Below the pieces are notes generated by a model. It saw only the letters and a program-made list of their open reading frames with translations. It was not told the DNA's origin and made no database searches. From Lachnospiraceae bacterium (GTDB taxonomy: Bacteria; Bacillota; Clostridia; Lachnospirales; Lachnospiraceae), in contig JAFTWC010000003.1 of NCBI GenBank assembly GCA_017465475.1, positions 25,725 to 89,724 of the forward strand: a stretch of 64,000 nt of DNA, in the 5' to 3' direction. The position numbers and the translations under genes are program-made. This document shows, one piece after another, positions 29,129 through 38,299 of this stretch. Position 1 is the stretch's first letter. Each line of letters opens with the position of its first letter.

Positions 29129-30706
29129 ATGGAACGGAAAAAGGTAATTGAGTTTCGTAATATTGCAAAGAGTTTTGATAAGCAGATTACGTTAAAGGGT
29201 ATCAATTTGGATATCTATGAGAATGAATTTGTAACACTGTTGGGACCGAGCGGATGCGGTAAAACCACACTTCTTCGTATTCTGGGCGGTTTCTTGGAAG
29301 CAGATGAAGGTAGTGTTATTTTTAACGGAGAGGAAATCAGTCACAAGCCTCCCTATGAAAGAGAATTGAACACGGTGTTCCAGAAATATGCCCTGTTTCC
29401 TCATTTAAGCGTATACGAAAACATTGCATTCGGATTGAAGCTTAAGAAGATGAGTAAGGACGTCATCGACCAGAAGGTTATGAAAATGTTAAAGCTCATC
29501 GGTCTGGAGGGCTTTGAAAATAAAAATACTACGTTGTTATCCGGCGGACAGCAGCAGCGTGTTGCCATCGCGAGAGCATTGGTTAACGAACCGAAGGTGC
29601 TTCTTCTTGATGAGCCTCTTGCTGCCCTGGACTTAAAGCTTCGTAAGGAGATGCAGTACGAGTTAAAGCGTATTCAGCAGGAAGTCGGCATTACCTTTAT
29701 TTTCGTAACCCATGACCAGGAAGAAGCCCTGACCATGTCTGATAAGATTGTAGTTATGAACGGCGGTGAAATCCTGCAGGTTGGTACTCCGGAGGAGATT
29801 TATAACGAACCTGCCAACCGTTTCGTAGCAAACTTTATCGGTGAAAGTAATATTTTGCCGGGTGTGATGTTAGATGACTATAAAGTTCGGTTTGATGATA
29901 AGACCTTTGACTGCGTGGACTTCGGATTTAAGAAAAATGAAGAGGTCGAGGTGGTGATTCGTCCGGAGGATATTGATATTGTTCCGGTAGAGAACGGTAA
30001 GATGACCGGTGAGGTATTAAGCGTATTGTTTAAGGGTGTCCACTACGAGATTATCGTGGAAACCGTACCGGGTACCAGTGTAACGGTGGACATGCAGGTT
30101 ATTCGGAATAACGAAGTGACCGGTGTGGAAGGAAAAGAAAAGATTAATGCCAGCAATTTCTACGTGGATTTAGAAGATGTGGAGAAGCTGGATGATAAGG
30201 AAATCATTGCTCGTTCCAATGCCATGGCATGGAATCCGGAAAACGACGAGTATATTTCCATTGCAAGTATTCAGTATGATATTAAGCCGGAGCTTGGAAG
30301 TTATCCGGTGGTGTTCTCCACGGCAAACGGCACTGCAGTAGAGCGTACCGTATTTGTGGTAAATCAGCCGGTTATTAAGAACGAAAAGGCAAACGAAGCA
30401 ATCATGGCATTTAACTTCTCTGCGACTGTGGATGAAATCAAGGAGTCTCAGACGTTGGAAACGGATATTAAGACCTGGGCAAGTGCACAGGGCTGGAAGT
30501 TAAATGATGAGAATCAGGCAATTGATATCAGTGTAGATTACGATTTCGATCCGGAGGATGTAAAGGAAGGGGTTTATAAGATTACTTTCTGGACCACCGG
30601 TCGCGAGTTCAAGATACATACCACAGACTATTCGGAGGTAGGTCAGGAAGTCGGACTGACCTTCTTCCCTGAGGATATTCATGTTATGTCAAGGATGGTA
30701 TTCTAA
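29129..30706 (+). CDS. potA: spermidine/putrescine ABC transporter ATP-binding protein with a large insertion in the C-terminal regulatory domain
   Basis: Walker [10 protein letters not shown], signature LSGGQQQR, Walker B LLLDEP. 525 aa against the usual roughly 350-380. Confidence 0.9.
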   Translation: MERKKVIEFRNIAKSFDKQITLKGINLDIYENEFVTLLGPSGCGKTTLLRILGGFLEADEGSVIFNGEEISHKPPYERELNTVFQKYALFPHLSVYENIAFGLKLKKMSKDVIDQKVMKMLKLIGLEGFENKNTTLLSGGQQQRVAIARALVNEPKVLLLDEPLAALDLKLRKEMQYELKRIQQEVGITFIFVTHDQEEALTMSDKIVVMNGGEILQVGTPEEIYNEPANRFVANFIGESNILPGVMLDDYKVRFDDKTFDCVDFGFKKNEEVEVVIRPEDIDIVPVENGKMTGEVLSVLFKGVHYEIIVETVPGTSVTVDMQVIRNNEVTGVEGKEKINASNFYVDLEDVEKLDDKEIIARSNAMAWNPENDEYISIASIQYDIKPELGSYPVVFSTANGTAVERTVFVVNQPVIKNEKANEAIMAFNFSATVDEIKESQTLETDIKTWASAQGWKLNDENQAIDISVDYDFDPEDVKEGVYKITFWTTGREFKIHTTDYSEVGQEVGLTFFPEDIHVMSRMVF

Positions 30707-31545
30707 TGAAGAAGTTTGCACATTTAGCAATTCCTTATATTGCATGGGCGGCAATGATGTTGATTTTTCCGGTGCTTTTGATGTTTCTTTATTCCTTTAC
30801 GGAGCACGGAAACAGCATTATTTCCTTTTCCTTCACGCTGGAGCATTACATTAAGTTCTTCTCCGACTCGGACTTTTTGTTGATTCTTTGGCGTTCCTTC
30901 GGAATTGCGGTTAAGACCACAATTATTTGTTTGGTACTGGGGTATCCGATTGCGTATTTTATTTCCCGCAGTAAGGAAAGCATCCAGAATATTTTGGTAC
31001 TTTGTATTACCGTACCGACCTGGATTAATATGTTGGTAAGAACCTATGCCTGGATCGGCCTTCTTAGCGATGGTGGTTTGTTCCAGCAGATTTTTGGATT
31101 TTTCGGTTTTGACGAGGTTTCCCTGTTGTATACGGAAGGTTCCGTACTTCTCGGTATGGTATATAACTTCCTGCCGTTTATGATTTTACAGATTAATACT
31201 TCCCTTTGTAAGATGGACCAGTCCTTGCTTAACGCCAGTGCGGATTTGGGTGCCAGACCGCGGGAAACCTTCTTAAAGGTGACGCTTCCGCTATCTTTAC
31301 CGGGTGTTATTAACGGTATTACTCTTGTATTTTTGCCGGCCATCAGTGCGTTCTTTATTCCGAAGCTCCTTGGCGGCGGACAGTACTTCTTAATCGGTAA
31401 CTTAATCGAGAACCAGTTTATTACCGTAGGCGAATGGAACTTCGGTAGTGCCATTTCCATGATTATGGCAGTGGTGATGATGGTTCTCATGATGGCGGTA
31501 AAGAAGGTAGAAGTGCGCAATAATGGCGGAAAGGAGGACGAATAA
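30706..31545 (+). CDS. potB: spermidine/putrescine ABC transporter permease
   Basis: 6-TM permease containing an EAA-like loop (ASADLGARPRETFLKVTLP). Confidence 0.85.
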   Translation: MKKFAHLAIPYIAWAAMMLIFPVLLMFLYSFTEHGNSIISFSFTLEHYIKFFSDSDFLLILWRSFGIAVKTTIICLVLGYPIAYFISRSKESIQNILVLCITVPTWINMLVRTYAWIGLLSDGGLFQQIFGFFGFDEVSLLYTEGSVLLGMVYNFLPFMILQINTSLCKMDQSLLNASADLGARPRETFLKVTLPLSLPGVINGITLVFLPAISAFFIPKLLGGGQYFLIGNLIENQFITVGEWNFGSAISMIMAVVMMVLMMAVKKVEVRNNGGKEDE

Positions 31546-31549
31546 TCTG

Positions 31550-33454
31550 ATGAAAAAGGAAAAACGTACCTTTGGAAAAGTACTGATTGGTTTGGCCATT
31601 GCGTTTTTTTACCTGCCGATTGTGTACATGATTATTTTCTCCTTCAATGAAGGAAAGTCCCTGACCAGTTTCTCCGGCTTTTCTTTACGGTGGTACCAGC
31701 ATATGCTGGAGTCCAGAGATATGATGAGTGCACTGTACACCACCTTTAGTGTGGCTCTTTTGGCCACCTTTATTTCCACGGTGGCGGGAACCATTGCGGC
31801 CATCGGTCTCAGTAAGTCAAAAAAGATTGTCCGGGATGTGATGGAACAGGTCAATAACTTCCCGATTATGAATCCGGATATTGTAACGGCCATCGGGTTT
31901 ATGTTACTGTTTATTACCTTTAAGGTGGAGCGTGGATATATTACCATGCTACTTGCTCATATTGCCTTTTGTATTCCGTATGTTATGCTTTCCGTTATGC
32001 CGAAGGTCCGTTCCCTGGACCCGAATCTGGCGGATGCGGCCATGGACCTGGGTGCAACTCCGTGGGTGGCTCTTACAAAGGTCATTGTGCCGCAGATTAC
32101 ACCGGGTATTTTCTCCGGTGCCCTTATTGCTTTTACCATGTCGGTAGATGATTTTATCATTTCTTATTTTGTTACCGGCGGCGGTGTAAAGAACTTAAGT
32201 ATCATGGTTTATACCATGAGTAAGCGTGTAAATCCGAGTATCAATGCAGTATCTACCTTGGTGGTACTCATAATTACCGTGGCGCTTATCATTATTAATG
32301 TGGTGCCGGCGATTTTGGCAAAACGACCGAAAAAGACAGAGATGAAGAAGAGCAAAGCGGCGGTTTTTGTTCCGGTAGGCATCGTGGCAGCAGTGGCGGT
32401 AGTACTTGTAGCGGTATTCGGAAGAACACCGGCAGGTTCCGGGCTTCCGTATGCGGGACAGACCCTCTACATTTATTTGCCGGGTGAGTATATGGGTGAG
32501 GAGATTATTCCTACCTTTGAAGATCAGACCGGTGACACTGTCATTGTAGAAAACTTTGATTCTAACGAGCAGATGTATATTAAGGTTACCAACGGAGAGT
32601 CTTACGACATTATTATTCCAAGTGACTATATGATTGAACGTCTGTTACAGGAGGGATATTTGCAAAAACTTGACCAGTCCCTGCTTACTTGTTGGGATGA
32701 ATTGAATCCGGTGGTAATGGCACAGCCTTATGACCCGAATAACGAATATTGTGTATCTTATTTCTGGGGTACGGTAGGTATTGTATACGATAAGACCGTT
32801 GTGGATGAAGCGGATTTGGAAGAACAGGGCTTTGGTATTTTCTTAAACGAAAAGTATAAGGGAGATATTTATCTGTACGATTCCGAGCGAGACTCTTTCA
32901 TGATGGCACTAAAGGACTTGGGCTATTCCATGAATACGGAAAGCGAAGAGGAACTGAACGAAGCCTATGAATGGTTGGTACAGTGCGTAACTACCATGGA
33001 GCCGGAAATCGTAACGGATGAGATTATCGATAATATGGCTCAGGGCAGAAAAGCATTGGGACTTTGCTATTCCGGTGATGCCACTTACATTATGAGTGAG
33101 AATGAAAACATGGGATTCTATATGCCGGAGGAGGGAACGAACCTTTGGTACGATTCCATGGTAATTCCGAAGAATGCGGAAAGCATCGAGCTGGCCCATG
33201 AGTTTATGAACTATATCAATAGTTACGACGCTGCGTATGACAACTCCGACTGGGTAGGGTATACCTCCCCGAATGTGGCGGTTATGGAAGCCTTATCCTC
33301 TGAAGAGGAGGAGGGAAGCTATGCGGGTATCAATGCATATCTTCCGAGAACCGACCATCCGATGGATGAAGTATTTGTATTCAATGCAGAGACAAAGAAG
33401 ACTCTCGGTAATCTTTGGAGTAAGGTAAAGATAGCGGCAAGTAATGCGAATTAA
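31550..33454 (+). CDS. fused polyamine ABC permease (PotC) and periplasmic-type substrate-binding protein (PotD)
   Basis: The N-terminal roughly 270 aa are a permease with an EAA loop (DAAMDLGATPWVALTKVIVP). An extra TM helix follows, then a roughly 330-aa PotD-like domain. Confidence 0.85.
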   Translation: MKKEKRTFGKVLIGLAIAFFYLPIVYMIIFSFNEGKSLTSFSGFSLRWYQHMLESRDMMSALYTTFSVALLATFISTVAGTIAAIGLSKSKKIVRDVMEQVNNFPIMNPDIVTAIGFMLLFITFKVERGYITMLLAHIAFCIPYVMLSVMPKVRSLDPNLADAAMDLGATPWVALTKVIVPQITPGIFSGALIAFTMSVDDFIISYFVTGGGVKNLSIMVYTMSKRVNPSINAVSTLVVLIITVALIIINVVPAILAKRPKKTEMKKSKAAVFVPVGIVAAVAVVLVAVFGRTPAGSGLPYAGQTLYIYLPGEYMGEEIIPTFEDQTGDTVIVENFDSNEQMYIKVTNGESYDIIIPSDYMIERLLQEGYLQKLDQSLLTCWDELNPVVMAQPYDPNNEYCVSYFWGTVGIVYDKTVVDEADLEEQGFGIFLNEKYKGDIYLYDSERDSFMMALKDLGYSMNTESEEELNEAYEWLVQCVTTMEPEIVTDEIIDNMAQGRKALGLCYSGDATYIMSENENMGFYMPEEGTNLWYDSMVIPKNAESIELAHEFMNYINSYDAAYDNSDWVGYTSPNVAVMEALSSEEEEGSYAGINAYLPRTDHPMDEVFVFNAETKKTLGNLWSKVKIAASNAN

Positions 33455-33528
33455 GAATAAGGCTGCGCGGCGTAGGCTGTGCGGCCTTATCCTGTAATGG
33501 GAAGAATGAAAAAGATGGGAGAGATTCG

Positions 33529-34569
33529 ATGGAAGAAAAGATATTAGAAAAAATTTGTCATGTATATAACCTGGGTGAGTTATTATGTAAACCAACCCGC
33601 TTAACCGGTGGCTTTATGCACAAAATGTATTCCCTGTTTACGACCCGGGGGAAATACGCCGTGAAGCTTTTGAATCCGTTCATCATGCAACGGAAAGATG
33701 CAATGGACAATTATCGTACCGCTGAGATGTTTGAATCAGCGTTGGAACAGACGAAGATTCCGATTCTTCCGGCGTTACTTTTCCATGAAAAGAAGATGCA
33801 GTGTATGGACGGGCAGTACTTTTATTTGTATCAGTGGTATGACGGTAAGGCATTAAATAGCGAAGAAATTACACCGTATCATTGTGAGAAAATCGGTGGA
33901 ATACTGGCAGAAATTCATGGATTAAAACTTCTGCGGACAAACGGGGCAGAAGCGGAACTCGGATCGGAATGCTGTGAAGAAAAGTACGAACGGAAAGAAC
34001 TTCACATTGATTGGGACGATTATATCGAACAGCTGACCGTAAAGAATAGGTCACTTTCCGAACTGTTGCAGACAAACCGCGTCCTCCTTTATGAAAGTCA
34101 GGACAAAGGCAACGAAGCCATAAAAAAGCTCCCGACCACAGTGGCAATCTGCCATAACGATATGGACAGCAAAAATGTGCTTTGGAGCGGGCAAGAGTGC
34201 CGGATTATAGATTTGGAGTGCCTTTCCTACGGAAGTCCGGTGATGGAACTGTATGAGCTGGCACTGTGCTGGTCCGGTTATGAGGTATGTAACATAGACT
34301 TTTCACTGTTTCAAAGCTTTATCCGGGCCTATGCAAAAGCCGGGGGGACACTTCCGACGGACTGGGAAACGGTGTACTACTGTAACAACGGCCGATTGGA
34401 ATGGTTGGAGTACAATGTAAAACGAGCTCTCGGTATGGAATGTTCGGAAGAAGAAATCGAGATGGGTGTGGAGCAAGTAAAGGAAACCATGGCTCACGTG
34501 ATTTATTATCATGAAGCGAAGAAGGACATACTTGAATGCTTGGATAACTTGATTTCACCGGAGCCGTAA
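33529..34569 (+). CDS. phosphotransferase-family (APH / choline-kinase-like) protein
   Basis: Catalytic loop CHNDMDSKNVLW (HxDxxxxN) and IIDLE. 346 aa. Confidence 0.7.
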   Translation: MEEKILEKICHVYNLGELLCKPTRLTGGFMHKMYSLFTTRGKYAVKLLNPFIMQRKDAMDNYRTAEMFESALEQTKIPILPALLFHEKKMQCMDGQYFYLYQWYDGKALNSEEITPYHCEKIGGILAEIHGLKLLRTNGAEAELGSECCEEKYERKELHIDWDDYIEQLTVKNRSLSELLQTNRVLLYESQDKGNEAIKKLPTTVAICHNDMDSKNVLWSGQECRIIDLECLSYGSPVMELYELALCWSGYEVCNIDFSLFQSFIRAYAKAGGTLPTDWETVYYCNNGRLEWLEYNVKRALGMECSEEEIEMGVEQVKETMAHVIYYHEAKKDILECLDNLISPEP

Positions 34570-34644
34570 GGTTTGAAACATCTGCAAACCGTACAGGAAT
34601 ATCCATCTGAACCGGAAAATCAGTATGAGAGGTAGAAACGGAAG

Positions 34645-34807
34645 AACTCTTTCCGGCGATAAAAGAACGGTAAAATAGCCCCAGACACCGATATTATATA
34701 TTTTTTGCATTCCCGAAGGGGCGCGCTTTTAGCGCAGTCGAAATCAGCTCTTAGGGATGGTTAGGCGCTTGGGGCTGTAAATATTGTATTAATCGCCGGA
34801 AAGAGTT
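34645..34807. repeat. 163-bp hairpin element carrying a third copy of the 56-nt core seen at 26090-26145
   Basis: AACTCTTTCCGGCGAT at 34645-34660 pairs perfectly with 34792-34807. The core at 34713-34768 matches 26090-26145 at 44 of 56 positions in my ungapped manual alignment. Confidence 0.75.
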
Positions 34808-34815
34808 AGGTATCC

Positions 34816-37242
34816 CTACTCCGCTAACGGTATCGTTAATTTTGCCTTAAACAAGTCCCCGTCGATTTCCACGTAGAAGCTGCCACCCTGCAGTGCTGCC
34901 AGACTTTCCGCAATGGAAAGACCGAGGCCACTGCCGTCTCCGGACCGATCGTCGTTTCCACGGGAGAAACGGGTTAAGAGTTCCTCCGGGGTCTTGGTAA
35001 GAACGGAAGCGGAAGTATTCTTCATGGTGAGGAGGGCAAGCCCGGTACCTTCCGGAAGATCCAGAGAAATAAACACTCTGGTGCCGGAAAGGGCGTATTT
35101 GCACACGTTGGAAAGCATATTTTCAATAATGCGGTGGGTACAGGCACCGTCTGCTAACACATTAACAGGCGTGTCCGGCAAGTTCATGCAAAGAGTTAAA
35201 TTACGTTCTTCCAAGCGTTCTTCAAAATCACCTACGGCCTGGTGAAGCAGTTCTAAGGCATTGAACCGAATCGGATCCAAATGCATGGTGCCGGAGGCTG
35301 CTTTGGAAGCCTCTACCAAATCATCAATCAGTCCTTTTAAACGCCAGGACTTCTGGGAAAGGATTTCTGCATATTCCGCAACCGCACCTTCCTGCGGCAA
35401 TTCATTTTTAATTAATTCAATATAGTTAATAATGGAAGTGAGCGGCGTTTTAATATCGTGAGAAACGTTTGTAATCAGTTCTGTTTTCATACGCTCACTT
35501 TTTGTTTGTTCTTCTACGGCAGAATGCAGTCCGTCACAAATCTGATTGATATTTTCCGATAGATTTTTGTTGGATGGAAGCATGGATGTGGTAGGAATCC
35601 GGGCAGACAAATTACCTTCGGACATCTGGAAGGTGATTTGGGAAATCCGCGCACGGTCTAACATGTTTCTGAGACAAACCACGGCACAGAACACAATCCC
35701 AAGGAGCAGGATGATGAGCGCAACGGCCGGCTGCTCCATAAGGAAAAAGACAAAGGTCAGGAGTAACCAACAGATTCCTCCGCTCATGTACAGGAATGTT
35801 TTGCCGAGAGAAGGAAGGTGATGATAGAACTCCTTCAGGTTAGATCCGATATAACGGAACAACTTCCTAATAGGTAAAATCACATAGCGTCCCAGCAAAG
35901 CACTGCTAAGAAAGGTCTTTGCCTTAATTCGACGTATCAGGCTGAAATATAAAAGTCCGCCTATGAAAAGAAACAGTGTCAAACAACCGAGGAAAAAGGA
36001 TACCCACTGTTTGTAATCAAAATAATTCATAAGTAACTCAGTGAGAGTTGTTTCCCAATAGGGTTGTCCCACCTCTTTCCATAAAAGAAACGGAACCATA
36101 AACAGTCCCAGAAGAGCCAGTAAAATAAGTTCAGTATAAATCCGATCATAAAAGTGAAGATGGATTTCGTCGGTATCGCTTCGTCTTCCGGACAGAACAT
36201 TGCTTAACATAAACAAAAGAAAAGAGAGCAATGTAAAGAAAACGGTGTGATTCAGTCTGTCTCCGAAATCTTTTTTTGCATCGTTAAAGCTTTTGGCAAG
36301 ATTGGAAAACTCGTCTGCAACAAGGTTATCAGATACAAAGGCATACAGAAGATAGGTGCCGTTGGGTGGTGCCGGAGGTTCTGCACCCGGAGTTGTAATC
36401 GGATCTGTAAACGGAAAATTGATATACGGAGAATCCGGTGGGTATGTTTCTATACGGAGTCCGCCGGATTCCACGCGTAACGCAGAAGTCGCTTTTGGTG
36501 CCGGCGTCGATACCGGTTCAAACCCGGAATTGGCTACAGCTTCTAAATAGTCCATATCATTTGAATCCATGTCGGATTCGGACGTGTTGTAGTTATAGTC
36601 GTACTGAATATCCTCCGCCATTTCAGATAAAGGACGGCGCAAAAAGTCCATGGACCAAAGAAGATTGGAACGGTTTAGAACGTTGTTGTTTCCGCCGCCG
36701 GTCATGGTACGGTTGTTTCCCGTATTTAAAATAAGGTATAGATTCTCATGAATAATTCCGGAGGAAAGAAATGCTTCCACGCTGCCGCTTTTTTGTGTGG
36801 CATAGCTCTCAAAGCCGGTCGATGCATAAACTTTGCCGGTGTCTGTGTTTTTAACGTAGTACTGGTAATTGGTGGGTTCCTCATTTAATTTTGCGTGATA
36901 ATAGTAAAAAGCGGTTTCGCTCGGTTCGTAAACATTAAAGAGAGCACTTTCCAAATCGGTGTCGGTAACTTCACCGTTCAGTAAAAGCGCAAGCTCCGAC
37001 GTAATATCCGTATTACTTAATTCATAGCCGTCTTCCCGATAACGGACATAGACGGCAGTACGTTCTACATATTTTGAAAAGAGTTCGGAGTATTGTTCTG
37101 TTTCATAAACGGTTTTGGCGTTTTTGTACAGAAGCGGGGCCCGCAAGGTTAAAAAACCATAGTGCGCGGCAACGACACAACAAAACAGAAGAAGAACTGC
37201 CAGTATGGTTTTGGTTATGCCGGAATAAATAACGCGTTTCAT
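34816..37242 (-). CDS. sensor histidine kinase with a large extracytoplasmic domain
   Basis: 808 aa. TM1 near the N-terminus, a roughly 300-aa external region, several TM segments, H-box SHDIKTPLTSI and a HATPase_c domain (GSGLGLSIA). Confidence 0.85.
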   Translation of the reverse strand: MKRVIYSGITKTILAVLLLFCCVVAAHYGFLTLRAPLLYKNAKTVYETEQYSELFSKYVERTAVYVRYREDGYELSNTDITSELALLLNGEVTDTDLESALFNVYEPSETAFYYYHAKLNEEPTNYQYYVKNTDTGKVYASTGFESYATQKSGSVEAFLSSGIIHENLYLILNTGNNRTMTGGGNNNVLNRSNLLWSMDFLRRPLSEMAEDIQYDYNYNTSESDMDSNDMDYLEAVANSGFEPVSTPAPKATSALRVESGGLRIETYPPDSPYINFPFTDPITTPGAEPPAPPNGTYLLYAFVSDNLVADEFSNLAKSFNDAKKDFGDRLNHTVFFTLLSFLLFMLSNVLSGRRSDTDEIHLHFYDRIYTELILLALLGLFMVPFLLWKEVGQPYWETTLTELLMNYFDYKQWVSFFLGCLTLFLFIGGLLYFSLIRRIKAKTFLSSALLGRYVILPIRKLFRYIGSNLKEFYHHLPSLGKTFLYMSGGICWLLLTFVFFLMEQPAVALIILLLGIVFCAVVCLRNMLDRARISQITFQMSEGNLSARIPTTSMLPSNKNLSENINQICDGLHSAVEEQTKSERMKTELITNVSHDIKTPLTSIINYIELIKNELPQEGAVAEYAEILSQKSWRLKGLIDDLVEASKAASGTMHLDPIRFNALELLHQAVGDFEERLEERNLTLCMNLPDTPVNVLADGACTHRIIENMLSNVCKYALSGTRVFISLDLPEGTGLALLTMKNTSASVLTKTPEELLTRFSRGNDDRSGDGSGLGLSIAESLAALQGGSFYVEIDGDLFKAKLTIPLAE

Positions 37243-37258
37243 GGGGTACTCCTTTCTG

Positions 37259-37960
37259 TCAGCCTTGCCAGTCGATTTTATAGCCCAGTCCCCAGACTAC
37301 TTTCAGGTAGCGAGGGTCTTTCGGATTGATTTCGATTTTTTCACGGATGTGACGGATATGTACCGCTACAATATTGTCCGCACCGAAGGAGGGTTCGTTC
37401 CAAACCGCAGTAAATATCTGCTCAGTGGAAAAAACCTTTCCTTTGTTTTGTACCATAAGGAGTAACATGGCGTACTCTGTCGGAGTCAGCCGGACCGGCT
37501 CGCCGTCTACGGTTACTTCTTTGGTATCATCGTTAATAATCAGGCCTCCGATAGTGTAGCAATGCTCCGTTTGTTCTTCCGGAAGACTTCCGAAGGTGGT
37601 GTAACGGCGAAGCGCTGACTTTACTCTGGCTACCAGCTCCAAAGGACGGAACGGCTTTGTAATATAGTCATCCGCACCGATATTAAGTCCTAAGATTTTA
37701 TCGGTGTCTTCGGTTTTTGCACTTAAGAAAAGAATCGGAAAGGTATAGCCTTCTTCCCGGAGCTTTCCGGTGAGACGCATGCCGTCTAACTCCGGCATCA
37801 TGATATCTAAAATGGCAAGGTGCGGAACTTCTTTGTGAACCGCTTCCAAGGCTTCTCTGCCGTTATATGCCGAAATGACCTGATAGCCTTCGCCGGACAA
37901 ATAAATGCGAATAGCTTCTACAATCTCTTTATCATCATCACAAACTAAAATCTGGTACAT
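37259..37960 (-). CDS. OmpR-family response regulator
   Basis: The receiver domain has the phosphoacceptor-type sequence LAILDIMMPELDG and there is a winged-helix C-terminus. ATG 37960 follows GGAGG. Confidence 0.9.
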   Translation of the reverse strand: MYQILVCDDDKEIVEAIRIYLSGEGYQVISAYNGREALEAVHKEVPHLAILDIMMPELDGMRLTGKLREEGYTFPILFLSAKTEDTDKILGLNIGADDYITKPFRPLELVARVKSALRRYTTFGSLPEEQTEHCYTIGGLIINDDTKEVTVDGEPVRLTPTEYAMLLLMVQNKGKVFSTEQIFTAVWNEPSFGADNIVAVHIRHIREKIEINPKDPRYLKVVWGLGYKIDWQG

Positions 37961-38149
37961 GAAAAACCTCCGTTCCCCGAACAATTTTAAAATGATATGA
38001 CTATATTACCACAGATAAATGAAAAAATCAGTATCATAATTCTTAATAATTCCTTAGGATTCTACTTCATTCGCGCTTTGGAGTATAGTAGTCTTATAAA
38101 AAATTGCAGATTATTCGTATTTATAGGAAAAATTTCTCGTTTTGAGTAG

Positions 38150-38178
38150 TTGACATGCGGATTGAGGAGTGATATAGT
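38150..38178 (+). promoter_or_regulatory. sigma-A-type promoter of the ABC exporter operon
   Basis: TTGACA, 17 nt, TATAGT. About 120 nt upstream of ATG 38300. Confidence 0.55.
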
Positions 38179-38299
38179 AGACAAAATACTTTTTCGATAC
38201 AAATATCACATGTATTTAAAAAGTCAAGATTAGTTCGGGGAAATGTGGTATAGTCAGGTGGGATATGTATCTGTTGTTTTGTAGTGAGAGGAGTAAGGA

